A stretch of DNA of 64,000 bases from Spirochaetia bacterium (GTDB taxonomy: Bacteria; Spirochaetota; Spirochaetia; UBA9216). The translations under genes were made by a program, and so were the position numbers. The first letter of the stretch is position 1, and each line of letters begins with the position of its first letter. Below are positions 50,206 through 58,386 of this stretch, piece by piece. Location: positions 64,001 to 128,000 of the forward strand of contig OZ223272.1 in NCBI GenBank assembly GCA_965140585.1. Direction: 5' to 3'. The notes under the pieces are model-generated. The model was not told the origin of the DNA, did not search any database, and worked only from the letters and a program-made list of their open reading frames with translations.

Positions 50206-51748
50206 TATTACCTCCAATTGAAGCATTCATTATTTTTTCCTGTGTAGCTTCATGGTATTCAAATTCACCTGTCAACTGGCCTTGACTCATTACAACGATT
50301 CTATCGCTCATCCCCAGAATCTCTTCCATTTCAGATGAGATCATTATGATTACTACACCAGCATCAACCAGGTGATTCATTATTTTATATATTTCGTACT
50401 TTGCGCCTACATCGATACCCCTGGTAGGCTCATCAAGAATTAAAACTTTAGGAGAAGTCATTAAAGCTTTTTGCAGAACTACCTTCTGCTGATTTCCACC
50501 ACTCAGAGTTTTAACTTCAACCTCAACCGAACTGGTCTTAGTCTTTAAATTTTTTACATATTCATTGGTGGTATGAACTTCTTTATTGGCATCAACAAAT
50601 CCGTAGATCGAAATCTTATCCAATGATGCAAGGGTTGTATTCTCCTTAACATCCATACCGAGAACCAAGCCGTATCGTTTTCTGTCTTCAGTTACCAGAA
50701 AAATACCGTTCTTGAGGGCATCAACAGTATTTTCAATTTTGACCTTATTACCATTAATATATACATCACCTTTCTTGGCTCCGGCAAAAGCTCCAAATAT
50801 ACTTGTAAAAAATTCAGTTCTGCCAGCTCCCATTAATCCTGCAACCCCAAGTATTTCACCTTTATAAGCCTTAAGATTAACCTCTTTTATCAGTTGCTTT
50901 CCCGGAACATTAGGATCTTTGACACTGTAATTTCTGATATCAAGAACAAGATCCCCCCTGTTATGTTTTTCACGGGGGAAAAGATTGGAAAGTTCCCGTC
51001 CAACCATCATTGAGATAATATCTTTTTTGGTAATTTTATCTATTACACTGCTGCCAATAGTTTGTCCGTCTCGAATAACCGTAACATCATCAGCAATTCT
51101 CATAACTTCATCAAGTTTATGAGAGATATAAATACAAGTAATTCCCTTAGCCCGCAACCCGTCAATAATACCTAAAAGGGTATCAACCTCTTTTTCAGTC
51201 AATGCAGCCGTCGGTTCATCCAAAATTAAAATTCTGGCATTACGGGCAAGTGCTTTCGCAATTTCTACCAGTTGCTGCTGTCCGATACCCAGGTTAATAA
51301 CCTTTTCATTTGGATCAATCTCATGTCCACTCTTATCAGATTTCCGGCCAAGACCTACCTGCTCAAGAAGCGTTCTTGTTTCTGCAAATATTTTATCCCA
51401 CTGAATGAATCCGTTTTTAACCGGATAATTACCCAGAAAAATATTTTCTCCTACACTTAATTTCGGAATTAACTCCAGTTCCTGATGGATACAGACAATA
51501 CCTTTTTTTTCTGCATATGAGGTGTTCACAAAAGAACAATCTTCACCGTCTACAATTATTTTACCATCATAGGAACCCGCGGGGTGAACTCCACACATAA
51601 CCTTTATTAGCGTTGATTTTCCAGCACCATTTTCACCGCAGATGGCATGTACTGTTGCTTTTCTGACATTCACACTCACGTCATCCAAAGCCACTACTCC
51701 CGGAAAAACTTTGGTGATGTTCTCCATACTTAAGACATAATTGCTCAT
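50198..51748 (-). CDS. XylG-like sugar ABC ATPase
   Basis: CGENGAGKS, LSGGNQQK, DEPTRGIDVGAK. Confidence 0.94.
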   Translation of the reverse strand: MSNYVLSMENITKVFPGVVALDDVSVNVRKATVHAICGENGAGKSTLIKVMCGVHPAGSYDGKIIVDGEDCSFVNTSYAEKKGIVCIHQELELIPKLSVGENIFLGNYPVKNGFIQWDKIFAETRTLLEQVGLGRKSDKSGHEIDPNEKVINLGIGQQQLVEIAKALARNARILILDEPTAALTEKEVDTLLGIIDGLRAKGITCIYISHKLDEVMRIADDVTVIRDGQTIGSSVIDKITKKDIISMMVGRELSNLFPREKHNRGDLVLDIRNYSVKDPNVPGKQLIKEVNLKAYKGEILGVAGLMGAGRTEFFTSIFGAFAGAKKGDVYINGNKVKIENTVDALKNGIFLVTEDRKRYGLVLGMDVKENTTLASLDKISIYGFVDANKEVHTTNEYVKNLKTKTSSVEVEVKTLSGGNQQKVVLQKALMTSPKVLILDEPTRGIDVGAKYEIYKIMNHLVDAGVVIIMISSEMEEILGMSDRIVVMSQGQLTGEFEYHEATQEKIMNASIGGNNG

Positions 51749-51771
51749 CCCTGATAACCCCTTGATAATTT

Positions 51772-51801
51772 TGTATCAGAGGGTTGAATCCCTCTGATAC
51801 A
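51772..51801 (-). other. Hairpin after binding-protein gene
   Basis: TGTATCAGAGGG-ttgaat-CCCTCTGATACA, 12-bp perfect stem. Confidence 0.65.
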
Positions 51802-51809
51802 GTGTAAAA

Positions 51810-52892
51810 TTAAAGTTTTGGCCACTGATCTTTTGGAACGTTCTTATAAACATCCTCAAGCTTATGAAAACCGTCTTTAATTATGATATCAACCATGTTA
51901 TCTTTATCTACAGCAATAACATCTACAGAAAATGAGTCAACATCTTTGGTACCGTTATTGAGCTTTGTCCATACACCGAGAGAACTATCCATTGAACTCA
52001 TGGGGTCCTTACCCTGGGCAAGTGCAACAGCAAGTTCAATAGCAGCAAGATTTAGTTTTGCAAGCGGTTTATATACGGTTCCTGTCTGAAGACCTTCAAC
52101 GATCCTCTGGCAGGCGGCAATATCCGCATCCTGTCCGGCAATAGGAACCTTTCCAGCCAGCCCCTGAGCAGCAAGCGCCTGTACAGCACCACCAGCAGTA
52201 CCATCGTTTGAAGCTATGACGGCCTGAATATCATTATCAGCAAGTGTTAAGCCATTTTCAGCATGCTTAAGAGCTTCACTTGGAGCCCAGCCCTTACACC
52301 ACTGTTCAAGAACAATATTGATGTCACCTCTGTCAATGTATGGTTGAAGCACTTTCTTCTGTCCTTCATAAACAAGATGTGCATTAAAATCTTCCGGACC
52401 GCCTTTTAACCAGATGTAGTTACCCTTTGGAGCTTTATTGACTACAAATTCTGCCTCTTTTTCTCCAACCTTCACTGAATCAAAAGTGATATAGAAATCA
52501 AGGTCTCCGTTTCTTACAAGCCGGTCATAAGCAATAACAGGAATACCTGCTTCATGTGCAGGGCCAACAACGGTTCCAACCGCTTCAGAATCAAGGGCCT
52601 GAACTATAAGCACATCAACACCCATAACTATCAGGTTTTCACACTGAGAAACCTGTTTCTGGGCATCATCCTCAGCTGACTGGACATAGATATCAATACC
52701 ATGAGCATCACCATATGCCTTGAACATATCAATCTCTCTCTGCCAGCGCTCCTGTTTCAGCGTACCGATAGATATACCGATTTTGATTTTACCATCATCA
52801 GCTTTTTCCTGCTGACCGGTTGCGAATGTGTAACCGCCTAACACCAGAACGGAAACCAATAGAATAATTGCAATTCTGAGTCCTTTTTTCAT
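51810..52892 (-). CDS. XylF-like sugar-binding protein
   Basis: ERWQRE, IAYDRL, ASNDGTAGG, GQDAD, TVYKP. Confidence 0.92.
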   Translation of the reverse strand: MKKGLRIAIILLVSVLVLGGYTFATGQQEKADDGKIKIGISIGTLKQERWQREIDMFKAYGDAHGIDIYVQSAEDDAQKQVSQCENLIVMGVDVLIVQALDSEAVGTVVGPAHEAGIPVIAYDRLVRNGDLDFYITFDSVKVGEKEAEFVVNKAPKGNYIWLKGGPEDFNAHLVYEGQKKVLQPYIDRGDINIVLEQWCKGWAPSEALKHAENGLTLADNDIQAVIASNDGTAGGAVQALAAQGLAGKVPIAGQDADIAACQRIVEGLQTGTVYKPLAKLNLAAIELAVALAQGKDPMSSMDSSLGVWTKLNNGTKDVDSFSVDVIAVDKDNMVDIIIKDGFHKLEDVYKNVPKDQWPKL

Positions 52893-52924
52893 ATAATCCT
52901 CCTAAGATTGTTGTAATATTCCAA

Positions 52925-52954
52925 TAGCGTACCACTGGTATACCATCATGTCAA
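52925..52954 (-). promoter_or_regulatory. Transporter promoter overlapped by tandem GntR-type boxes
   Basis: TTGACA-N17-TACGCT on - strand; TAGCGTACCA-c-TGGTATACCA (52925-52945). Confidence 0.75.
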
Positions 52955-52987
52955 GGAATTATTTTACATCATTTCAGGAAATCTTAG

Positions 52988-53005
52988 TTCGGCAGGCTGC
53001 TCTAT
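52988..53005 (+). repeat. 18-bp direct repeat, right copy
   Basis: TTCGGCAGGCTGCTCTAT; contains the stop codon of the 53002 ORF. Confidence 0.9.
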
Positions 53006-53601
53006 TTATTTGCAGAAGCTCTCCGCTGACTGTACTCCTCGTCTGTTTCCAGCCGCTCACCCCAGAGGTTCAGCACTGCTGTTCCGTATTCATCATCGAC
53101 CTCAAGTTTAAGGTTGATGTAATCTGCAAACTCCTCTGAAAGTGAGCTGAAAATATTCTGTGCTTCTTCAAGACTCACACCGTTCAGCTCATAGAGAACA
53201 GGCTTCAGTCTTACGGGAATCATACGGCGCTCCCTGCTTTCAGGAGCGGAGTTTTCGTAGTCATATCCTGAAACAACTGTTCCGTCGGCAAGAGTTACAC
53301 GGTAGCCCTGATTTAGGGTGGTATTTCCTAAAACAAGATATCTGCTCATTCCAAAATCGGTATCAGGATGCTTGAATAAAAATTTTTTAAAATCCCGTCC
53401 CGGGAAAAAATGAGCCAGAGGGTTCATAGACGGAGAGGTCCCGTCATTTTCGAATATCCATCTGTGCCACTTGGCATTTCCTCCCTCGGAATCCGGAATA
53501 TAACCTATTATATTACCGGTAAATACCATTCCAAAGGCTCTTATTGAAATAGTGGTACGATCCTTAAAAACCGGATTCGCCTGCCGGGCACGTTCGTTCA
53601 T
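53002..53601 (-). CDS. Hypothetical protein, about 200 aa
   Basis: Fills the gap between terminator and repeat; ATG 53601 after GGAG; no family recognised. Confidence 0.65.
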   Translation of the reverse strand: MNERARQANPVFKDRTTISIRAFGMVFTGNIIGYIPDSEGGNAKWHRWIFENDGTSPSMNPLAHFFPGRDFKKFLFKHPDTDFGMSRYLVLGNTTLNQGYRVTLADGTVVSGYDYENSAPESRERRMIPVRLKPVLYELNGVSLEEAQNIFSSLSEEFADYINLKLEVDDEYGTAVLNLWGERLETDEEYSQRRASANK

Positions 53602-53638
53602 CTGCGTCTCCGGTTTAATTATAAAACAGAATATATAC

Positions 53639-53673
53639 AAAAAAAAAGCCTGCAGAGGGAATTCCCTGCAGGC
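53639..53673 (-). terminator. Rho-independent terminator after SDR gene
   Basis: GCCTGCAG...CTGCAGGC stem followed by T9 on - strand. Confidence 0.85.
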
Positions 53674-53707
53674 AGATACTCATTTTAAAATTGAATGACA
53701 GCGTCGA

Positions 53708-54466
53708 TTATATTGTTGTTCCGTGAGATACGTACATAACCTGAGCTGTAACGGCTTTGGAGGCATCACTTGCAAAGAAGAGAATTGCTTCTGCCTGATC
53801 CTCAGCCTGAGCCTCCGGAACAGAAAGGTCGAGGTGCTGTGCGCACTTATCGGCAAACTCCATATAGAAGTGCTTGAATGCTTCAGGAGCGTTAAGCGGT
53901 GTAGGAGTAGGTCCGGGACCAACAGCGTTACATCTGATGCCTGTCGCTGAATACTGGAGACCGATATTCTTGGTCATTGCGTTAACAGCAGATTTTGCTG
54001 CGCTGTATGAAATACCGGCAAGCCCCATGGCACCGATTGAAGAAACATTAACAATAGAACCTGTCCCAACCTTTTCCATGTGCTCAAGTGTATACTTGCT
54101 CATGTAGTAAACTGAGAACTGGTCAATCAGACATACTTCCATGTACCAGTCTTCAGTACACTTGTTAATAGGCATGTGCTTGTCTGCAATACCGGCATTG
54201 TTAACCAGTACATCTATCTTTCCGTATCTTTCAATAGTTGCGTCAACAACCTTGTGACAGTCTTCCTGCTTTGAAACATCAGCCTGAACAGCCATTATTT
54301 CGCCGCCTGCTGCTGTAATTTCTTCAACAGCTTTTTTGTTTTCCGCCTCTCTTCTACCGCAGATAACAACTTTTGCACCTTCCCTGCAGAAGAGTTTTGC
54401 TGTTGCAAGTCCGATTCCGGAGTTTCCACCAGTAACAATTGCAATTTTATCCTGTAAGCGTCCCAT
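53708..54466 (-). CDS. SDR-family oxidoreductase
   Basis: TGGNSGIG, VNNAG, YSAAK. Confidence 0.93.
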   Translation of the reverse strand: MGRLQDKIAIVTGGNSGIGLATAKLFCREGAKVVICGRREAENKKAVEEITAAGGEIMAVQADVSKQEDCHKVVDATIERYGKIDVLVNNAGIADKHMPINKCTEDWYMEVCLIDQFSVYYMSKYTLEHMEKVGTGSIVNVSSIGAMGLAGISYSAAKSAVNAMTKNIGLQYSATGIRCNAVGPGPTPTPLNAPEAFKHFYMEFADKCAQHLDLSVPEAQAEDQAEAILFFASDASKAVTAQVMYVSHGTTI

Positions 54467-54592
54467 TTATTATTCCTCCAAATATTAGGTATTTGTGTTT
54501 TTAACCATAGTAAAGATGAGTACACAAATGTTAGTTAAATTCTTCAATTCTGTCAATGAATAAAAATTGCAATCTTCATACCTTTCAAGTTA

Positions 54593-56551
54593 TTAAACCC
54601 GCATTGAAGCATGGTATGCTTCCTGGTTAGCATGGTAAAAAGTCCGACCCTTTGATACACAGTCCCCAATCAAAAAGACATCATTACCATACCGTCCAAG
54701 AAGCTCCAGCCCAAGCGCATTATCCGGCTCAACGCCCAGGGCATTGACGCAGGTATCCGCCTTATAAATTTCTTTCCTTCCCTCAGGATCGAAAACCTCC
54801 ACACCTGAATTTGAAAAGGATACTATTCTCCGCTCACCTACCAGCTTCACACCGAAGCGTTTAAGATGCTCGAAGAGATCCGCCTTGTTAAAAATAGGCA
54901 TATCAACACAGAATTCATTCACCGGTATCATATCGATCACAGTGACATCCTTTCCTTCCATTGCGAGGGTCAGTGCACATTCAAGGCCCGACAGCCCGCC
55001 TCCGCAGACAACAACCAGCTTACCTGTTTCCGTCCTGTGAGACTCAACATCAATCACGGATTTCACATTTTCACCCTCAATCCCCGGTATCGGCGGAACA
55101 AGATAGTTCGAACCTGTAGCAACAATTACTGCATCAGGACTCTCCTTAGCAACAAGCTCTGCTGATACTTCTGTATTAAATCTGATATCGGCACCGCAGG
55201 ACATGGTCGTCCTGATATTCCAGTCAAGATAGTTTCTCAGATATTCCTTGAAGGGTGCAGCCGTGGCATCTTTTAAAAGACCGCCGAGAGAATCACTTTT
55301 TTCATATAGACTTACACTGTGCCCCAGGGCGGTAAGAGTCTGCGCCGCCATCATTCCGCCGGGGCCGCCGCCAACAACCATTACTTTTTTCCGTTTTTCA
55401 GGTGCAAGAGCTTCAATACTGCCTGCAACACCCATTCGCGGATTGACTGCACAGCGCATTGAAGTACCATAGGCATTCGCATTCCCGCACTGATCACAGC
55501 GGGTACATGGTCTGATATCCTCAACCCTTCCATCTACTGATTTGTGAATCAAATCACCGTCCGCCATATAGGATTTGGCAATAGCAACAATGTCAGCCTT
55601 GCCGGACGCGATGATTTCCTCAGCTTCTGCAAGTGAAGTGATATTTCCAACGACGGCAACAGGAATCTTCAGCCTTTTTTTCGCCTCGGCAGCAAAGGCA
55701 ACATTAAGCTGTCTTCCCTTGAAATATGTAGGGATGGTATAGACCGCAGCTGTAAAGTCAAAGATGCTTCCGCGTGAAATATGTACAATATCAATATACT
55801 GCTGTGCCGCTTCCATGAAGTCGAGCGACTCATCAAGCTGAAGCCCTTCAGGGCTATCCTCTTGGGCGGAAACCCTTATCTCAATGACCATCTCTTCACC
55901 GACCGCATCCCTCACAGCCTTAAGAACCTCAAGCGGCCATCTGCGGCGGTTCTCCGGAGTACCGCCGTATTCATCGGTCCGTACATTGCTTGCAGGAGAC
56001 AGAAACTGGGCAATGAGGTTGTTATGGGCGCAATGAAGCATGATTATGCGGAACCCCGCTTTTTTACATCTTACAGCGCAGTCGACATAACGGCCCTTCA
56101 TATAATCCATATCGGCCCTGTCCATTTCTTTCAGATGGGTTTCTTCCGGGTTCAGCGGACGGGAGGCAGATACAGCAAGCACAGGCGGGCAGTCTATGTT
56201 CTGTCTTGAACCTCTTCCGGCATGTGCAAGTTCAACGGATATCTCGGCTCCGTTATATCGTGCAGCTTCTACCAGCTGGTTCATACCATGTATGTTGTCA
56301 TCGGAATTAACGTTCATTTCGCAGAGCCATGCCGAGTCATTTTCATGGGTAACAGGAGTATCGCCAACAGTCACATATGCAACCCCGGTTTTAGCCTGCC
56401 ATTCCATGAATTCAAGCATTTCTTCAGTCATATCGCCGTTCGGAGCACATTTCAATACTACAGTAGGTGCATACTGCAGCCTGTTTTTAAGTGTCACACC
56501 CTTTATAGTCAACGGTTGGAACACGTGAGCATACCGTCTAATATCTTTCAT
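54593..56551 (-). CDS. NADH:flavin oxidoreductase (OYE barrel + Fe-S + FAD; FadH/BaiCD/BaiH-like)
   Basis: LKNR, AHAG, QFLSP..NVRTDEYGG, CTRCDQC..CAVNP, GGGPGG; ATG 56551 after GGAGG. Confidence 0.9.
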   Translation of the reverse strand: MKDIRRYAHVFQPLTIKGVTLKNRLQYAPTVVLKCAPNGDMTEEMLEFMEWQAKTGVAYVTVGDTPVTHENDSAWLCEMNVNSDDNIHGMNQLVEAARYNGAEISVELAHAGRGSRQNIDCPPVLAVSASRPLNPEETHLKEMDRADMDYMKGRYVDCAVRCKKAGFRIIMLHCAHNNLIAQFLSPASNVRTDEYGGTPENRRRWPLEVLKAVRDAVGEEMVIEIRVSAQEDSPEGLQLDESLDFMEAAQQYIDIVHISRGSIFDFTAAVYTIPTYFKGRQLNVAFAAEAKKRLKIPVAVVGNITSLAEAEEIIASGKADIVAIAKSYMADGDLIHKSVDGRVEDIRPCTRCDQCGNANAYGTSMRCAVNPRMGVAGSIEALAPEKRKKVMVVGGGPGGMMAAQTLTALGHSVSLYEKSDSLGGLLKDATAAPFKEYLRNYLDWNIRTTMSCGADIRFNTEVSAELVAKESPDAVIVATGSNYLVPPIPGIEGENVKSVIDVESHRTETGKLVVVCGGGLSGLECALTLAMEGKDVTVIDMIPVNEFCVDMPIFNKADLFEHLKRFGVKLVGERRIVSFSNSGVEVFDPEGRKEIYKADTCVNALGVEPDNALGLELLGRYGNDVFLIGDCVSKGRTFYHANQEAYHASMRV

Positions 56552-56579
56552 ATTTCCTCCCTGGAAGTTTTCATGCTTC

Positions 56580-56632
56580 ATGCTAACGCAAAGAGAGGGA
56601 AAGTCAAAATGGTTATTTCATAGTAATGTTAT
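56580..56632 (-). promoter_or_regulatory. Promoter with shared LysR-type motif
   Basis: ATAAC-N6-ATGAAA-N4-CATTTTGA; TTGACT-N16-TAGCAT. Confidence 0.6.
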
Positions 56633-56648
56633 AACTGCAGCGATATAA

Positions 56649-57200
56649 TTATCGTGAAGGCGGGCAGTTTATCCAGATTGCGACCGATTCACCGTCGGAT
56701 ACATTTGTGATTCGGTGGGGTTTTGAAGAATCAATATAGATGGAATCACCTGCCCCTAAAGTGTATTCATCATCACCAGTCTCGACCCTGAACCGCCCCT
56801 TAACGACAATCCCGCATTCTTCACCGCTGTGTTTATGATGAAAACCCGAAGTTCCATCCTCTTCAAAGGTGCTTTCAAGAACTTCGAACTTATGACAGGA
56901 AACGTTTCGGGTAAGAAGCGAATAAGATACGCCGTCTCTTGTTTCAAGCTTCTGTCTTTCACTTTTCCTGACAACTGGATGAGGGTCATCGATGTCTTCA
57001 AAGAAGGCTGTTAAAGGAGTATTCAGAATTGATGCTATCTGGGCAAGTGTTTTTATGGACGGTGTAACCTTGTTGTTTTCGATCTGACTGATAAGGCTTC
57101 TGGTAAGATTCAGCCTGTCGGCAATGTCCTTTATAGTAAGCTCTTTATCTTTCCTGATTTTTTTTATTCTTTTTCCAATGTTCTGAAGAATATCGTCCAT
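56649..57200 (-). CDS. XRE HTH + cupin regulator
   Basis: IGKRIKKIR..SLISQIENNKVTPS; HSGEECG, GDSIY..PH; start set to ATG 57200. Confidence 0.9.
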   Translation of the reverse strand: MDDILQNIGKRIKKIRKDKELTIKDIADRLNLTRSLISQIENNKVTPSIKTLAQIASILNTPLTAFFEDIDDPHPVVRKSERQKLETRDGVSYSLLTRNVSCHKFEVLESTFEEDGTSGFHHKHSGEECGIVVKGRFRVETGDDEYTLGAGDSIYIDSSKPHRITNVSDGESVAIWINCPPSR

Positions 57201-57297
57201 ATCTGAATATACATCAGAAGCAATTAGTATGAAAAGGTCATCGGGATCTACACAACTACTATTAACAATGCCGCCCGCTTTCACTAAAATAGCCGGT

Positions 57298-58383
57298 ATG
57301 CAAATACGAACTAATAAAATTTTTACTCTAATATTTTTAACAGCAGTTTTATCTGCCGGCAGCCTTTTTGCTCTCGGACAGACTGAATATGAACGTGTAA
57401 ATGACAGCTTTCTTGCCATCGGAACAACCTGCAGTATCAGCATCGATGCCGATACAAAAGGCAGAGTTGCCGGTACAGATAATTTACAGGCATCAGATAT
57501 ATTTTCTGAAATCAGGACCCTGGTTGATGATATTGAGCAGCAGATGAGTGTGACAATTGCGGACAGCACTGCAAATAAAGTTAACAAGGCTGCAGGCCTT
57601 CAACCGGTTGAGATTTCCGCCGACTTCTACAAAGTACTTTCAGAGGGCCTTCAGTTCTCTGAGAAAAGCGGAGGAACCTTCGACATAACCATAGGGCCTC
57701 TTGTAAGCCTCTGGGGAATAGGAAGTGAAGATGCAAGAGTTCCCTCAAAAGCAGAAATAAATGCAGCACTTGAACTGGTTGACTATAACAGACTCAGTCT
57801 CACATCAGACAGCGGAAAATACTATGCATTCCTTGAAACTGAAAAAATGAAACTTGAACCGGGCGGAGTAGCCAAAGGGTTTTCAGCCGATAAAATAGCC
57901 GAATACCTTCATTCCGTGGGTGTTTCATCATCGCTTATAAACCTTGGAGGAAATGTACTTGCATTGGGTACAAAACTCGACGGCTCGGAATGGCGGATTG
58001 GAATCCAGAATCCGGATACATCAAGGGGTGAATACATCGGAGTCCTTTCCATCAGTAATAAAGCAGTAGTTTCCTCAGGTAAATATGAACGCTTCTTTAT
58101 AGAAGATGACAGACGTTACCACCATATCTTAAGCACTAAGGATGGATACCCGGTTGAAAACGGAATAGCCCAGGTGTCAATAATCTGCCCTGTATCAATG
58201 CAGGCTGATGCAATGTCTACCACAGTTTTCTCCCTCGGTGTAGAGGCAGGCCTGGCTCTTGTTGAAGAAATGCCGGACACAGAAGCAATTATTCTGATGG
58301 AAAATAAGGATATGTACCTCACAAGCGGGCTGGGAGACAGTTTCAGCCTCACTGATACGAGCTACAACGAGGTCGGGAGATAA
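57298..58383 (+). CDS. apbE: FAD:protein FMN transferase
   Basis: Signal peptide; FDITIGPL, GGVAKG, NLGGN, SSGKYER, YHHI, ADAMST. Confidence 0.93.
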   Translation: MQIRTNKIFTLIFLTAVLSAGSLFALGQTEYERVNDSFLAIGTTCSISIDADTKGRVAGTDNLQASDIFSEIRTLVDDIEQQMSVTIADSTANKVNKAAGLQPVEISADFYKVLSEGLQFSEKSGGTFDITIGPLVSLWGIGSEDARVPSKAEINAALELVDYNRLSLTSDSGKYYAFLETEKMKLEPGGVAKGFSADKIAEYLHSVGVSSSLINLGGNVLALGTKLDGSEWRIGIQNPDTSRGEYIGVLSISNKAVVSSGKYERFFIEDDRRYHHILSTKDGYPVENGIAQVSIICPVSMQADAMSTTVFSLGVEAGLALVEEMPDTEAIILMENKDMYLTSGLGDSFSLTDTSYNEVGR

Positions 58384-58386
58384 AAA

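Larger units (their letters stand above)
42090..52987. mobile_element. Putative inserted inositol-catabolism cassette without mobility gene
   Basis: Exact 18-bp flanking direct repeats; self-contained regulator, enzymes and transporter; visibly more AT-rich than flanks. Confidence 0.65.

Noticed and set aside
49054-52892. Xylose utilisation (xylFGH)
   Set aside because: No xylA/xylB nearby; followed by iolG and shares the iol operator, so symbols were withheld.
54593-56551. Bile-acid 7-dehydroxylation (bai) gene call
   Set aside because: Only family-level similarity; no CoA ligase, CoA transferase or dehydratase nearby.
57201-57587. 129-aa N-terminal extension of the XRE-cupin ORF
   Set aside because: Antisense to the apbE 5' end; the domain starts at ATG 57200.
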